A stretch of 64,000 nucleotides of DNA from a virus. The position numbers and the translations under genes were made by a program. Positions 31,540-41,584 of the stretch are shown here, one piece after another. The first letter of the stretch is position 1; the number at the start of each line of letters is the position of its first letter. Location of the stretch: IMG/VR virus record IMGVR_UViG_3300033146_001643, positions 12,984 to 76,983 of that record; one strand, 5' to 3'. Under the pieces are notes generated by a model. The model made no database searches. It had not been told where the DNA came from and was given only the letters and a program-made list of their open reading frames with translations.

Positions 31540-32583
31540 TCATACCTTATCCAATCTAAAGCCTATCATTATTGGAAATCTTGGTATATCATCATTAGTA
31601 TACTCAAAAAATCGTAATTCTGCTATTTTATTTATATATTTATTTTTATTAGTTAGTAAATCTGTTTTTTCAGCAGTAGTCATTTTTACCCCCGCTTTGA
31701 ATTTTTTACCAGCAGCAGTTTCAAATACAGGTATCCCTATATTATGATTTTTATCACTAGCTATTACATCTTTTAATGGTAAAGCCTCATCTATAAACTC
31801 TTTATACTTTAATAAAGAATCACTGCGTTTATTCACCTCATAACGCTTATTACCATGTCTAATAATAATTCCCTCGTACCCAGCTTCTACAAACTCTATA
31901 AATTTAAGCATTATCTCTTCTTCACTAAATACAGTTGTCGTAGGCACTATTTCTATATTATTTTTAGTCGCTATTAACTCGAATAAGTCGTTAAATCTGT
32001 CTACAAATGGTTTATCACTAATCATATCATATACATGATATTTAACAGTTACACTATCATTCCTGTGTTTTTTAATTAATCGCATATTCTCCTGGAACGA
32101 TAGCCCATGAGCATATAATTCCCCATCAATATATGGCAAAATTCCAGTTAATTCTGTTGCTATATGCGGTAATGTGGTTATAGGTGTATTTTTCCTAGAT
32201 AACATTACTTTATTATTAGCAATACACCGCATACCATCTAATTTTGGTTGTACAAAACATGGATAATTAATTTTATGCTTATGGTCTTTAAATTGTTTAG
32301 CTAACATAGGTAAAATAATACTTGAATCACTAGCTTCTTCTTCAGTTAAGAAATATCCCTCTTTTAGCTTTTTCGCTTTTATGCTAGCTAATTCTAATAA
32401 AGCTTGTTCACTACCAGTAGTTTCATTATTTTTCCCGATATTTTTAGGTGTACAAGTTCTAATTGTCTCCGTTAATTTACCGTGTAATATACCACTAGTC
32501 ATTAATAAGTTATTAGCGTTTGTAGTTAAGATTAATGTTCTAATTTTACCTTTAGTATCTTTTTTATATAATTGTGTTCTCAT
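31540..32583 (-). CDS. lig: ATP-dependent DNA ligase with N-terminal WGR-like domain
   Basis: PMLAK, QPKLDGMR (adenylated Lys), DGELY, YHVYD, GYEGIIIR, LLKYK, PRFP. Confidence 0.93.
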   Translation of the reverse strand: MRTQLYKKDTKGKIRTLILTTNANNLLMTSGILHGKLTETIRTCTPKNIGKNNETTGSEQALLELASIKAKKLKEGYFLTEEEASDSSIILPMLAKQFKDHKHKINYPCFVQPKLDGMRCIANNKVMLSRKNTPITTLPHIATELTGILPYIDGELYAHGLSFQENMRLIKKHRNDSVTVKYHVYDMISDKPFVDRFNDLFELIATKNNIEIVPTTTVFSEEEIMLKFIEFVEAGYEGIIIRHGNKRYEVNKRSDSLLKYKEFIDEALPLKDVIASDKNHNIGIPVFETAAGKKFKAGVKMTTAEKTDLLTNKNKYINKIAELRFFEYTNDDIPRFPIMIGFRLDKV

Positions 32584-32610
32584 AATGATTATTTGATTTA
32601 CACACCGCTA

Positions 32611-33426
32611 TTACCCGAAATCCGCACCTTCTTGTAATAATACAGGTGGCTGACCAATAGCTTTAGTTTCATTTTTATAAATTTTGTCCCAGAAAAAAGA
32701 AAATCCAAGTTCTCTCGCATAAGTTGTTATTAATACCTTTTTGTTCCGTAAATGTGGTGAAGATGACCCTACTAGATGGTCTCCTCCACCTTCAAAACTT
32801 ATGTATGTATTATTTTTTTCCCTATAAAGAAACCCTACTGCTTCAGCATTAGCTAGGATAATTCTACCTAGTTTACCAGATAAGTCTAATTGATGTTTAT
32901 TCATTACATCATCTTCATCTAGCGTTTTGTCTTTGGTATGTCCTATAAGTATTAGGTATTTAAAATATTTTTTAAGTTCATTTATAATATTTTTATATAC
33001 CATTCTAATATAAAAATATCCTCCACCATTAGGTAATTCTCGAATATCGGCGTCTAAATATTCACCAGTTTGTTTATTCTTTTTATAATTTTTACCCATA
33101 GATGTAGACCTGTATTTAGTTAAAGCCAAGCTTAAACATAAATGTTCCAAATCTGTTGCTGTATCTATAATTCCAAAAGTATAAGCATAAGGTTTTTTAT
33201 CCGATATAGCTTCTCTAAGTAATAATATTAATTCTTTTAAATCTTTTGGTGTATTAATTGTTACAGCTTTAGTTGCTACATATTGTTTAGAGTTATCTAA
33301 GTCAATATGTAAAGCGTCTTCTAATCCTTGTATAGCTGTAGTTTTACCTGATTTCGGCTTTCCAGTTATAACAAGAAATTTAGGATTAGCTTCTTTAATC
33401 ATGTTTCGTTTTTTTGGTAATTTCAT
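32611..33426 (-). CDS. AAA_24/Sak4-like ATPase
   Basis: GKPKSGKT, IIDTATDLE, LPNGGGY, LILIGH, LDLSGK. Confidence 0.85.
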   Translation of the reverse strand: MKLPKKRNMIKEANPKFLVITGKPKSGKTTAIQGLEDALHIDLDNSKQYVATKAVTINTPKDLKELILLLREAISDKKPYAYTFGIIDTATDLEHLCLSLALTKYRSTSMGKNYKKNKQTGEYLDADIRELPNGGGYFYIRMVYKNIINELKKYFKYLILIGHTKDKTLDEDDVMNKHQLDLSGKLGRIILANAEAVGFLYREKNNTYISFEGGGDHLVGSSSPHLRNKKVLITTYARELGFSFFWDKIYKNETKAIGQPPVLLQEGADFG

Positions 33427-33686
33427 ATTATAACAATATGTTCGTTTATGTTGTTTATTTTATTAATCCCCTTTACATGAATATCAGTAAAAGCTTTATT
33501 ATTTGAAATAAAGGCATCAAATAATTTATACCTAGTGTGTAATTTTTTAATGTTCGCTATTTTAATATTTATATTATCTATAACAGCTATTCTAGGTGTG
33601 GTCATATTTAGTTTATACACAGCTAAATTACCATGCTCTTTATGTATTTGTATTAGATTGGTTATTAAATCTTCTAATGTTCCCAT
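33423..33686 (-). CDS. Hypothetical protein
   Basis: 87 aa ORF overlapping the polA stop. Confidence 0.6.
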   Translation of the reverse strand: MGTLEDLITNLIQIHKEHGNLAVYKLNMTTPRIAVIDNINIKIANIKKLHTRYKLFDAFISNNKAFTDIHVKGINKINNINEHIVII

Positions 33687-35767
33687 ATAGTTGATATTAC
33701 TGGTTCTGCTGTCATAGGTATTATATCACAAAATACTTTTCCAGCTTTTTCCATTGAATATTTTATTATATCATTTACTAACTCACTATACTCTGGACTT
33801 GTTTCTATTAAAATTTCATCATGTATTTGAGCTATTAACATCGCTTCTGTAAATAAGTTATTTTTTATTAGCTCTTTTCTTGCTATATATAAAGCTGCTT
33901 TAGTCATATCTCCAGCTGTACCCTGTGTAGGAGTATTCATTGCTAGTCGTTTATACAGCGAAAATAACTTAATAAACGCATACAGGGTATTCTTATTTAC
34001 TTTATATTTAAAGGTATTTATTTTGTTCCCTTCTAGTAAGTTATTTTTTAAATCTTTTACTAATATAGTACCTATTTTTGTCGTTAGTGTTTGTTCATAT
34101 ACTTTATATTTGCTGTAATTTGGTAATTTTCTTTTTCTGTGCGTGATATTATTAATCATAATATAACCTCGCTCTATAGATATTTCAGCTATATCTCTAA
34201 AATATTTTTTTTTAACAGGGAAAGAATTAATGGCAGCATTGTATAATTTTTCAGCTTCAACTAATTTAATATCAAACGATGTAGCTATAGTTTTTGTACT
34301 ACCACCATAGTCTAATTTAAAATTTAATGTTTTTGCCATACTTCGTTTTTTTTGTTTAAATTGTTCAGAGTACCCTGGATCATTTTTAGAAATAGTTTGT
34401 GGTACACCTTCTATCAATTCAAACATAATATTAGCTAATAAAGAGTGTAAATCACCGTCCCCATGTAAAAAGAAATCTATTAATTTTGGGTCTTTACATT
34501 TATTAGCTGTGATACGTAATTCTTGTCCTGAATAATCACAATTAATTATTTTATTATTATTTGCTGGTGTAAAACATTGCCTAACTTCTTTATCTGATGG
34601 TATATTTTGAATATTTGGTTTAAAACTACTAGTTCTACCAGTGGAGACTATTTGATTAAATGACGTATATAATCTACCATTATACACATGTTTATTTATA
34701 AAAGCCTTACCGTAAGTACCCACAGCTTTAGTATATTTTCTAAACTCTAGTAATATTTTTATTATTGGGTGTAAGTCAATATTAGCCATTAAAACGTTTT
34801 TTCCAACACTTTCTTTTTTTGTAGCTTTATCTATCAAATCTATATTTTTAATACGTCTTAAAAGAGCTAATACTTGCTTATTACTATTATAATTTATAGT
34901 TATTCCAAATAATCCTAACTCATCATTTTTATACAATTTAGTTTTTTCAACTATTATATTTAATTTATTAAATGCTTCTAATTGTTTATTTTTAAAAACA
35001 GTCTCTAAGTTTAACCATTTTTGTACATCTATTGGCATACCATTATACTCCATATCCCCTAATGCTAGAGATACTTGTGCTTCAAATGTGGCTAAATTAA
35101 AAATGTTATTTGTAATTGTAAACTTATTACGAAATCCATTTTTTTGTAAATCTATATCTTGTTTAATTAAAACTTCTAATGGAGCTATTATATCTTGTAC
35201 ACCATATAAGATATGTTGTAATTTATAAGGAGCACTTCCTATAGATAAAAACATTTTAGTAGTTTCTTTATCTAAAGCTATATTAAAATAATCATAATAT
35301 ACCCCAGCCATAGAAAATTTACTAAAGCCATGTTTCTTTCTATAAATAGAATTTTTAGCCGTATCAGTTTCTCCACTATCTAGTATTTTACTATTTAGCA
35401 AAATATCCTCTGCTATATCTAATGTAATATTATATTGTTTTAACATGTTATAATCAAATTTTAAATTAGCCCCATAAAATTTATAATTTGAAAGTAACGT
35501 TTTTAATCTTGTTATATTATAAAGTCTAGTATCTATTACTATTTGATTATTAATGTTACCTAATTGTAACATTATTACTTTATCCTTGTGTGGAGATAAA
35601 CCTGTAGTTTCTGTGTCTAATATTACTGGTGTATTTTCTAATAGTATATTTTTTATAATATCAAACACGTAAAAATTATTTACATATTTTATTGTGTATT
35701 CTTTGTTTAAAATAGTTACTTGTTTATCAGGATATATATTCATATCCCCTACATAACAATATATCAT
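33674..35767 (-). CDS. polA: Family A DNA polymerase with 3'-5' exonuclease, no 5'-3' exonuclease
   Basis: DTETTGL, NLKFD, TGRTSS..PNIQNIP, DYSGQELR (A), RSMAKTLNF..YG (B), QGTAGD, QIHDE (C). Likely start MIYC at 35767. Confidence 0.95.
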   Translation of the reverse strand: MIYCYVGDMNIYPDKQVTILNKEYTIKYVNNFYVFDIIKNILLENTPVILDTETTGLSPHKDKVIMLQLGNINNQIVIDTRLYNITRLKTLLSNYKFYGANLKFDYNMLKQYNITLDIAEDILLNSKILDSGETDTAKNSIYRKKHGFSKFSMAGVYYDYFNIALDKETTKMFLSIGSAPYKLQHILYGVQDIIAPLEVLIKQDIDLQKNGFRNKFTITNNIFNLATFEAQVSLALGDMEYNGMPIDVQKWLNLETVFKNKQLEAFNKLNIIVEKTKLYKNDELGLFGITINYNSNKQVLALLRRIKNIDLIDKATKKESVGKNVLMANIDLHPIIKILLEFRKYTKAVGTYGKAFINKHVYNGRLYTSFNQIVSTGRTSSFKPNIQNIPSDKEVRQCFTPANNNKIINCDYSGQELRITANKCKDPKLIDFFLHGDGDLHSLLANIMFELIEGVPQTISKNDPGYSEQFKQKKRSMAKTLNFKLDYGGSTKTIATSFDIKLVEAEKLYNAAINSFPVKKKYFRDIAEISIERGYIMINNITHRKRKLPNYSKYKVYEQTLTTKIGTILVKDLKNNLLEGNKINTFKYKVNKNTLYAFIKLFSLYKRLAMNTPTQGTAGDMTKAALYIARKELIKNNLFTEAMLIAQIHDEILIETSPEYSELVNDIIKYSMEKAGKVFCDIIPMTAEPVISTIWEH

Positions 35768-35851
35768 ACCTAATTGAATAAAAAACCAAAGAGTATCATT
35801 AGAAGTACATAATCTATTTACGCACAAATAATAACACTCTTTGGTTATTAA

Positions 35852-36319
35852 TTATCTTACTTTAGTAAGTACTAATCCTGTGGTATCTTTACCAGTAAGG
35901 ATTATTTTTATTAATTTTGCTTTATCCGCTGTGTCTGTTATAACTTCATCATTTAAAGTTATTTTGTACTCCTGTCCCTCGCTACTATTAATTGCAGCTA
36001 ATAATAATAACAAAGCTTTATATAAATCTATTATTATAGTATCGTCAGTTATTCCTTTAAGGAGTATATTTGATACTAACGTAATTGTTTGCTCAATATT
36101 ATTATTTATAAAAGCCATTGCTGCTTCTAACAGTGAATTTTGTAGAATTATATGTTTAATTCTCGCAAAATTGTTTACACCAAATTTAAAATTTTTAGCT
36201 CTGCATGAACTTGTTGTTTCTATCAAAGCTCTAATCGTTTCTATTTGGGTACTTATAGCAACATCTGTTAATTCAGTTACTAGCGTAATAATAGTTTCAT
36301 TAACTTTATTATTTTCCAT
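35852..36319 (-). CDS. Hypothetical protein
   Basis: 155 aa ORF, TAATG coupling. Confidence 0.65.
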   Translation of the reverse strand: MENNKVNETIITLVTELTDVAISTQIETIRALIETTSSCRAKNFKFGVNNFARIKHIILQNSLLEAAMAFINNNIEQTITLVSNILLKGITDDTIIIDLYKALLLLLAAINSSEGQEYKITLNDEVITDTADKAKLIKIILTGKDTTGLVLTKVR

Positions 36320-36822
36320 TATTGTACATTTAATTTTTTATATTCTTTATCTAATTCTACTATTTCTTCCCAATAAGGTTTGGAAGAATTTTTTACTATA
36401 TCATAGTATTTATCCCCTTTTTTAATATTAGAACGATTTAATTTAGCATATCGTTGTGCCAAATACATTCCAGAAGTATTTGGCTTTAGTGCTGGTCGTA
36501 CTTTTATAACTGGTTTATTTAATATAGACACAGTTGGTTGTTTTATACTAGTTTCTGTTGTATCTACTGGAATTAAAAATCTAGGGGCATTACCTGATAA
36601 ATTAGTACTAATTATTTGTATAGTACTTTCTATAATTTCTTTGCTAATTTTGATTTTATCTTTGCATAATTTAATATTATGTAGAATACTTCTGTATTTA
36701 CTAGTATTAGTTTCATTTTTACGTTCTAGTTTTACTTTTCTACGTTGTTCTAAACGTAATTGATTAGTATAATAAACTAATTCACTAGCGTTATTTTTTA
36801 TGAATACTTTTTTTAAATCCAT
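36319..36822 (-). CDS. Hypothetical basic protein
   Basis: 167 aa ORF. Confidence 0.65.
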   Translation of the reverse strand: MDLKKVFIKNNASELVYYTNQLRLEQRRKVKLERKNETNTSKYRSILHNIKLCKDKIKISKEIIESTIQIISTNLSGNAPRFLIPVDTTETSIKQPTVSILNKPVIKVRPALKPNTSGMYLAQRYAKLNRSNIKKGDKYYDIVKNSSKPYWEEIVELDKEYKKLNVQ

Positions 36823-37328
36823 AATTTTTACTTTAATTATTTAATTACTCAAAAAATTACACACCATAGCCTTCTTCTACATAATGTAACCAGAGAGTGC
36901 CCTTTCTTCTGCTACAGTGTGCTTAATATTATTTAGCAGCGTTCATTTTCTCTAAAACAATATTAACCTTTACTTTATTACTAAGGCTGATTTTAGCTCT
37001 AGTAATAATATTAATGTCGTCAGATAATGCTTTAGCATAAAGTTTTGCTACTAATTGTTTTTTACTTTTTATTTTCACAGCTTATTAAAAATTTCTTTTA
37101 TTAAGTATTTTGTTAATTTTTTATAAAATGATACTATATTGCCGTCCTTATAAAAACAGTTATATACTGCCTCTAATTCTATTTACAGCATTAATTATAT
37201 GCTATATGTTATATTAAATACTAATCACTCAAGACGTTGTCTCCTGGGTGTAGTACTTCAATAAAAAGCTTTTATAATTTCTACTATTTTTTCTGTTTTT
37301 GCAATAGTTACATTATATAGTGTTATAA

Positions 37329-37664
37329 TTATTTCCATACTTTTATTTTTTCTTGCGGGTATAGTGTACAAATAGTTAAATAATCAGTTGCTGCTTGTAA
37401 TAAATTAGCATATTCTCCCCACTTATTAGCAGGATTAAATTGTTTATAGTATTCTGGATTATTTTGTAATTTTAAAATACCTTTAGTTAAATAAGGTATT
37501 AATTCTTTGCATTTAGTAATGCCCAATTCTTCTGGTCTCCACATACACTTATACAACCCGACTTCCATAGCCATTTTATTTAAGTTATGTGTTATATTGA
37601 CTTCAAATAGAGTTTCTTCTACTAATTGAAGCTTTTTTCTTGTTATTCTTATATCTAAACTCAT
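37329..37664 (-). CDS. Conserved phage hypothetical protein
   Basis: MSLD, NITHNL.KMA, W.PEE, FNP.N.WG.Y motifs. Confidence 0.75.
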   Translation of the reverse strand: MSLDIRITRKKLQLVEETLFEVNITHNLNKMAMEVGLYKCMWRPEELGITKCKELIPYLTKGILKLQNNPEYYKQFNPANKWGEYANLLQAATDYLTICTLYPQEKIKVWK

Positions 37665-37666
37665 AT

Positions 37667-38314
37667 TTAATAATTTAAGTCTCCAAATATATTAGTATTG
37701 CCACTAGTTTTACAAAAATCACATATAATTATTCTTTGATTTTTAGTTATTATAACTTGTCCACAATTAGGACATGTAACTATATTATATCCTAAAGCTT
37801 GTAACTCTTTTTGTAACAATAGTTGCTTACTTTTAGATTTATGCCTATACATAGCTTTTAAACTTGCATTAGTTGTAGTGAGAATGAAGTCTAATATAGC
37901 CCCTAGTATGTGTGAATCATTAAGTATATTCTCTATATCCCAATCACTTGAATTTGGGGCATTTGAATAATTAGATATAAATCCGTCGCAACTAGTATAA
38001 TTATTTTTTAAATAGATACTCCATTTATCTTTAAATTTATTCACTATATTTTTAATAGAAGTAATATTAGTATTTGTTAATATTATTTCTACGTCTATAA
38101 TATCATTTCTAAAGTTATACTCTCTAGGTGAGCTAACTTGCTCAAATATTATTTCATGTACAAATTTTCTTAATCTATTAGCTACATAATCTGTTATATG
38201 ATATGCTGCTATTTCGTTATCTTCAATGAAGTTCTCTTTAATCTTTTTTTCAAAAATTGTTCCGTAGAATCCTGGAAACATTGGTAACCACGTTTGTATT
38301 TTATATGTCTTCAT
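37667..38314 (-). CDS. Hypothetical protein with C-terminal Zn ribbon
   Basis: FPGFY, SPREYNF, YTSCDGFIS; CPNC...CDFC. Confidence 0.7.
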   Translation of the reverse strand: MKTYKIQTWLPMFPGFYGTIFEKKIKENFIEDNEIAAYHITDYVANRLRKFVHEIIFEQVSSPREYNFRNDIIDVEIILTNTNITSIKNIVNKFKDKWSIYLKNNYTSCDGFISNYSNAPNSSDWDIENILNDSHILGAILDFILTTTNASLKAMYRHKSKSKQLLLQKELQALGYNIVTCPNCGQVIITKNQRIIICDFCKTSGNTNIFGDLNY

Positions 38315-38663
38315 TTATTGTGTTATTATGTAAATATATACTAGAGTAGATTCTAAATTTACCGTCTATAAATATAATTGTTATTAGACAGTTATTAGTT
38401 GCTATATATTCTGCTGCTGTGCAGTTAGTCCCATAATAATTATCTGTATGCCATGGTGTATATAAAGTGAATTTAGTTGTATCCCGCCATTCATTAATAA
38501 TCATTACAGTTGTATAACTTTCATTAAAAACAAAAGTAGTTGTATTACATAATATTCCTAAATTACTATTTAATTTAGGGATATTCAATCCTAAATTATA
38601 TTGGGCAATAACAGCCCCATGTAATAACATTATAATTATTATTATTTGTATTAACTTTTTCAT
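38301..38663 (-). CDS. Exported hypothetical protein
   Basis: Signal peptide MKKLIQIIIIIMLLHGAVIA|Q. Confidence 0.6.
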   Translation of the reverse strand: MKKLIQIIIIIMLLHGAVIAQYNLGLNIPKLNSNLGILCNTTTFVFNESYTTVMIINEWRDTTKFTLYTPWHTDNYYGTNCTAAEYIATNNCLITIIFIDGKFRIYSSIYLHNNTINEDI

Positions 38664-38804
38664 AGTAGTTCTATTAAAAATTTATATTTGAAATTTGTAC
38701 CAGTATAACATACGATAGTTATTAATATTAATAATATTATCACCTCCAACTACTTCTTTCTCAACTAGTTATGTTGATATTCTAATAGCGGTGAACTGGT
38801 TTAG

Positions 38805-38846
38805 TAATTGACATTTTGAAAATGTCAATTATTTTGTATACCTTTG
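38805..38846 (+). promoter_or_regulatory. Antisense Bacteroidota-type promoter overlapped by a 27-bp palindromic operator
   Basis: TTTG (38815-18) - 20 nt - TACCTTTG (38839-46); TAATTGACATTTT-G-AAAATGTCAATTA (38805-38831). Confidence 0.72.
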
Positions 38847-38852
38847 CAGAAT

Positions 38853-38930
38853 CATTGTTAATAGGAAAAGGCTTTAGTGAGCAGAGCGAGCAGTTTTAGA
38901 TGTGATCACTAAGCTACCAATTAATAATAC
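38853..38930 (+). ncRNA. Candidate ~75-nt hairpin small RNA
   Basis: Starts at the predicted TSS. Outer stem ATTGTTAAT/ATTAATAAT has a G-U valid on +; inner stem TTAGTGA/TCACTAA. Confidence 0.45.
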
Positions 38931-38935
38931 TTGCC

Positions 38936-39781
38936 CTAATCTTTATTATCAATAATATATGTTTCTAATTTTGATATAATTTCTCCACCATATTGATTTT
39001 TAGTAGCTGATATAAATTCTGCTATGGTAAACTTATCATTTTTTAAATCAATATTGTTTTCTGCTATAAATGCATTTCTACCAATCTCACAAGAATTTGT
39101 TAATATGTGATGCCATGTATAAAGTATTTCAGCTTTATATTTATCCGTATTATTAAATTTATCCACAAATTCAATAATACGCTCTCTAACTGATAATCTA
39201 TCAAAAATTTTGATATTTAAAGCTTCTATAGCTTTTTGTATAGACTCCCCATGAGCAAATAGATTATCTTGTTTAGCTATATAACATTTCGTTATTGTTA
39301 AATCATTATTTACTATAGCTCCATAAGCAATATTTTTCTTAATATTGTATATAATAGTTTTGATTTTATCTATTAAATATATTCTATTACCATCTAAATT
39401 TATAATTTTATTGCTATTATCATAACCATAACCATTACCATAACCATAACCATCACCAGTACCATAACCAATACCATAACCATCACCAGTACCAGAACCA
39501 TCACCAGTACCAGCACCATAACCAATACCAGCACTATAACCAATACCATCACCAGTACCATAACCAATACCATCACCATCACCATCACCATAACCATCAC
39601 CAGTACCATAACCATAACCAATATCATCACCATCACCATAATCATCACCATCACCATAACCATAATCATCACCATAACCATAACCAATATTATCACCATC
39701 ACCATAACCATAACCAATATTATCATAACTATAATTATAAGTAATATTCGCTGCCCACTTATTGTAATCTATATTGTCCAT
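38936..39781 (-). CDS. Gly-rich (GYG/GDG) repeat protein with conserved C-terminal domain
   Basis: ~100 aa of G-x repeats, then FAHGE and WHHILT.SCEIGR..F. Confidence 0.8.
   Translation of the reverse strand: MDNIDYNKWAANITYNYSYDNIGYGYGDGDNIGYGYGDDYGYGDGDDYGDGDDIGYGYGTGDGYGDGDGDGIGYGTGDGIGYSAGIGYGAGTGDGSGTGDGYGIGYGTGDGYGYGNGYGYDNSNKIINLDGNRIYLIDKIKTIIYNIKKNIAYGAIVNNDLTITKCYIAKQDNLFAHGESIQKAIEALNIKIFDRLSVRERIIEFVDKFNNTDKYKAEILYTWHHILTNSCEIGRNAFIAENNIDLKNDKFTIAEFISATKNQYGGEIISKLETYIIDNKD
39421..39726 (-). repeat. Coding hexanucleotide-period repeat (GGTTAT/GGTGAT/GGTACT)
   Basis: On the + strand: repeated accata/accatc/accagt units. Confidence 0.9.
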
Positions 39782-40080
39782 ACGGGTACATTTTTTAAAT
39801 TAATTATTGCTTTTTTATTACAAGGAATTATCTGAATCAATTGTGTTATTACTATAGTTTCATGTGGTTTTGTAAATTTACATTCCTCTGGTCGAGAGAC
39901 TCCAGCATTTGCTAAATTTTCTACTGTGTATGCTCCAGCCCAATAATACAATTTTCTAGCATCTGTTAAGTTTATAGTAGTGCCAGATATTGTTTCTTCT
40001 ACATTTAATAATTTACCGAAAAATACGCCAGCGTTGTTACATCTAGCGATTACATATTTATTTAATAATTTATCATACAT
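39769..40080 (-). CDS. DUF6948-like protein
   Basis: YVIAR...AGVFFG, L.DARKLYYW.GA, LAN.GV; usual upstream partner of Gly-repeat genes. Confidence 0.7.
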   Translation of the reverse strand: MYDKLLNKYVIARCNNAGVFFGKLLNVEETISGTTINLTDARKLYYWAGAYTVENLANAGVSRPEECKFTKPHETIVITQLIQIIPCNKKAIINLKNVPVWTI

Positions 40081-40090
40081 AATTTTACTT

Positions 40091-40146
40091 TTTATTAGTT
40101 TTTATTTATTAGTTTCTATTTATTAGTTTCTATTTATTAGTTTTTA
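40091..40146. repeat. Tandem repeat, 4 x 14 bp TTTATTAGTTT(T/C)TA
   Basis: Units start at 40091, 40105, 40119 and 40133. Confidence 0.9.
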
Positions 40147-40912
40147 AATTAAATAATAAAAGCGAAAAGCTAATTATAGTAGAGTTACCTAAATAATTCC
40201 AGATTATTCGGACAATCACTTGTCTATTTCATAATGCTTAACTCGTAGTGTCTAAAGTAGGAATAATTTACTTATCTCAACTACAAGACTACATACATTA
40301 CCATAGGGTTTACTACTAAGCACCATATTCATAATATACTTGTTTAATAATTAACTTTTAACACGTCTGTTATTTTATCACTTTATTTCAGCACCTTTAT
40401 TACTAAAGATTAAAGTATGTAATGTATTGTCTACAGTAACGGGAATTGCCTCATTTATATACACTTCTTGGATTGTTGCTTTCATAAGCTATCATGTTAA
40501 TTCATGCTTCCTATATTACCTAACAGGATTTTACATACTCCAAGCTACACCATTAAGGTGATAACTTATACCGAGAACTTATTACCATAATATAGTAGGT
40601 TTACTGATTTTCTCCCGCTGTGATTTGAAACATATATTCAACAACATTAACATTATATTCAATATATTTATAATTTACTATAGCTACTACTTTTAGTGGC
40701 TCAATGTATTCTTTGTCGTCTCCCTTAAATCTATTTTCAGTAATAATTATTACTGCAACTAATTTTATTTGGTCTTTTATTTTACTTATACTTATTGCTA
40801 TAGCAAAGTAATTGCCATTTACCCCTATTTGATAAATTTTGTTAATAACCTCATAGTGTCAAGATTCATTATAAAGGATAATAGCATGATTCTATTGCCC
40901 TTTAGGTTATGA

Positions 40913-41551
40913 CTAATTTATAATAGTTAAATATATTTGATAAAATACTTTATAGTATTCTTTATTTGTATAATAACCTACATTATATAATTCTTTAAAG
41001 AATGTGAGTGGGGAAGCTGTTGTATGTATTGTTAGATAACGGTCAGATTCCCATAACTGTAGTAAGGTTGAAATAGCATTATCCACTGTAGTATAACTTT
41101 GAAAACTACATACTACTTCATAACGTTGTCCTCCGTAATACTCCACTGTAGGTGTTCTAATACCCATTCCTTTAATACCAAATGGATTATTTCGCTGCCA
41201 CAAATTATTAGCAAAAGGTGCTCCATGTGAAGTACTTGATTCTGATACGGCAATTGTAGTTATTACTGAAGCTAATTGCCTATAGTTTAAACTATAGGTG
41301 TTAGCTAAGGTTTTAAATTCTTTATTTGCTAGCACTAATTTCCTAAATAACATACCTACTTGTTTGCGGTCTTTATATGTCCAAGTAGATGTTTTTAATA
41401 TAATCGTTGTTTTAGTTGTTACTATATTATCTGTCTTTAGTATAGATAATATAGTTGACGTGTTATACTTTATAGGTGTTTTTTTAGTACTATTATTACT
41501 ATGTTGGTGTAGTAATAAGGCTAACGATAACATTAGTAATGTTTTTTTCAT
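40913..41551 (-). CDS. GH73/glucosaminidase (FlgJ-like) peptidoglycan hydrolase with N-terminal signal
   Basis: AVSES (catalytic Glu), NNPFGIKG, TVEY, FQSY, GYYTNKEY (YATDPxY-like). Confidence 0.8.
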   Translation of the reverse strand: MKKTLLMLSLALLLHQHSNNSTKKTPIKYNTSTILSILKTDNIVTTKTTIILKTSTWTYKDRKQVGMLFRKLVLANKEFKTLANTYSLNYRQLASVITTIAVSESSTSHGAPFANNLWQRNNPFGIKGMGIRTPTVEYYGGQRYEVVCSFQSYTTVDNAISTLLQLWESDRYLTIHTTASPLTFFKELYNVGYYTNKEYYKVFYQIYLTIIN

Positions 41552-41576
41552 ATAGAAAGTTTAGTTAATATTGGTG

Positions 41577-41584
41577 CAAATATA
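41577..41584 (-). promoter_or_regulatory. Probable -7 promoter box of the GH73 gene
   Basis: Minus strand TATATTTG(CAC) 26 nt upstream of the ATG; no clear -33 box. Confidence 0.5.

Noticed and set aside
39400-39726. 108 aa MVMVMV ORF
   Set aside because: Alternative-frame shadow of the Gly-repeat gene.
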